Positions 63,544 through 64,000 of a stretch of 64,000 bases of DNA are shown here, in pieces. Position 1 is the first letter of the stretch. Each line of letters opens with the position of its first letter. This DNA is from Selaginella moellendorffii. Its lineage: Eukaryota; Plantae; Lycopodiophyta. A program made the translations under genes and the position numbers. The DNA is taken from NCBI RefSeq assembly GCF_000143415.4, contig NW_003314383.1, positions 190,738-254,737 on the forward strand, written 5' to 3'. The notes beneath the pieces were generated by a model, which saw only the letters and a list, made by a program, of their open reading frames with translations, was not told the origin of the DNA and did not search any database.

Positions 63544-64000
63544 TGTAAACGACTAAATTTTCCATTATATTTTAGTCACTTAACTATACCTCCGACCACT
63601 TAGAGGAGTCTCACTCACAACCTCTATAAATCCTATTCTGGACTTAGGGCTTGCTAGCCCCAAGAATGGTATCCCTACCACTCAACCTTTACACTTAGTC
63701 CAAATGTTCCATCCATCCATCCATCCATAAGTGATCATCCCAAATCCACTCTTTAGCATCCTTAGAATGTCTGTAGACATAGGGAACAACCTTCCTTAAT
63801 ATCCCTTTTGCAGTCCCCACTAAGTTCTTTTCTATCCGACCACTAAGTCCCCCTATCCTCTGGGACTTCCTCACCATATGTCTGTAGACATGGGGACAAC
63901 CTTCCCTAATATCCCTTTTTCAGTCCCCACTAAGTTCTTTTTTATCTGACCACTAAGTCCCCCTATCCTCTAGACTTCCTCACTATATGACTGTATCTTT
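63544..64000. mobile_element. LTR of family B2, opposite orientation, runs off the window
   Basis: TGTAAACGACTAAATTTTCC..CCTCCGACCACTT matches the reverse complement of 55760-55893. 63700-63990 matches 55380-55600, with an internal duplication. Confidence 0.75.

Overview
Eukaryotic, land-plant genomic DNA. Introns of about 50-60 nt, very short intergenic gaps, a PLS-class PPR gene and Hint-domain genes suggest a lycophyte such as Selaginella (inference). About 3.8-44 kb is gene-dense. It holds NOPCHAP1-like, RRM-LOTUS-RING, DUF1995+SAP-like, GH51 arabinofuranosidase, UBP protease, NAC, DHHC PAT, double-HMA, SDG40-like, PotD-like (ENF2), DREB/AP2, PFC1, TH1, DET2, GPDH and PPR genes, plus tRNA-Ser and tRNA-Gln. 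44-50 kb carries two tandem copies of a spliced Hedgehog-type Hint (Hog) autoprocessing gene, one intact and one frameshifted. After its predicted signal peptide only 4-6 residues precede the catalytic Cys. This is the most striking system here. 52.4-64 kb is a nested stack of Ty3/Gypsy LTR elements, three with readable target-site duplications. Exon boundaries and family calls were made by eye; no searches were run.
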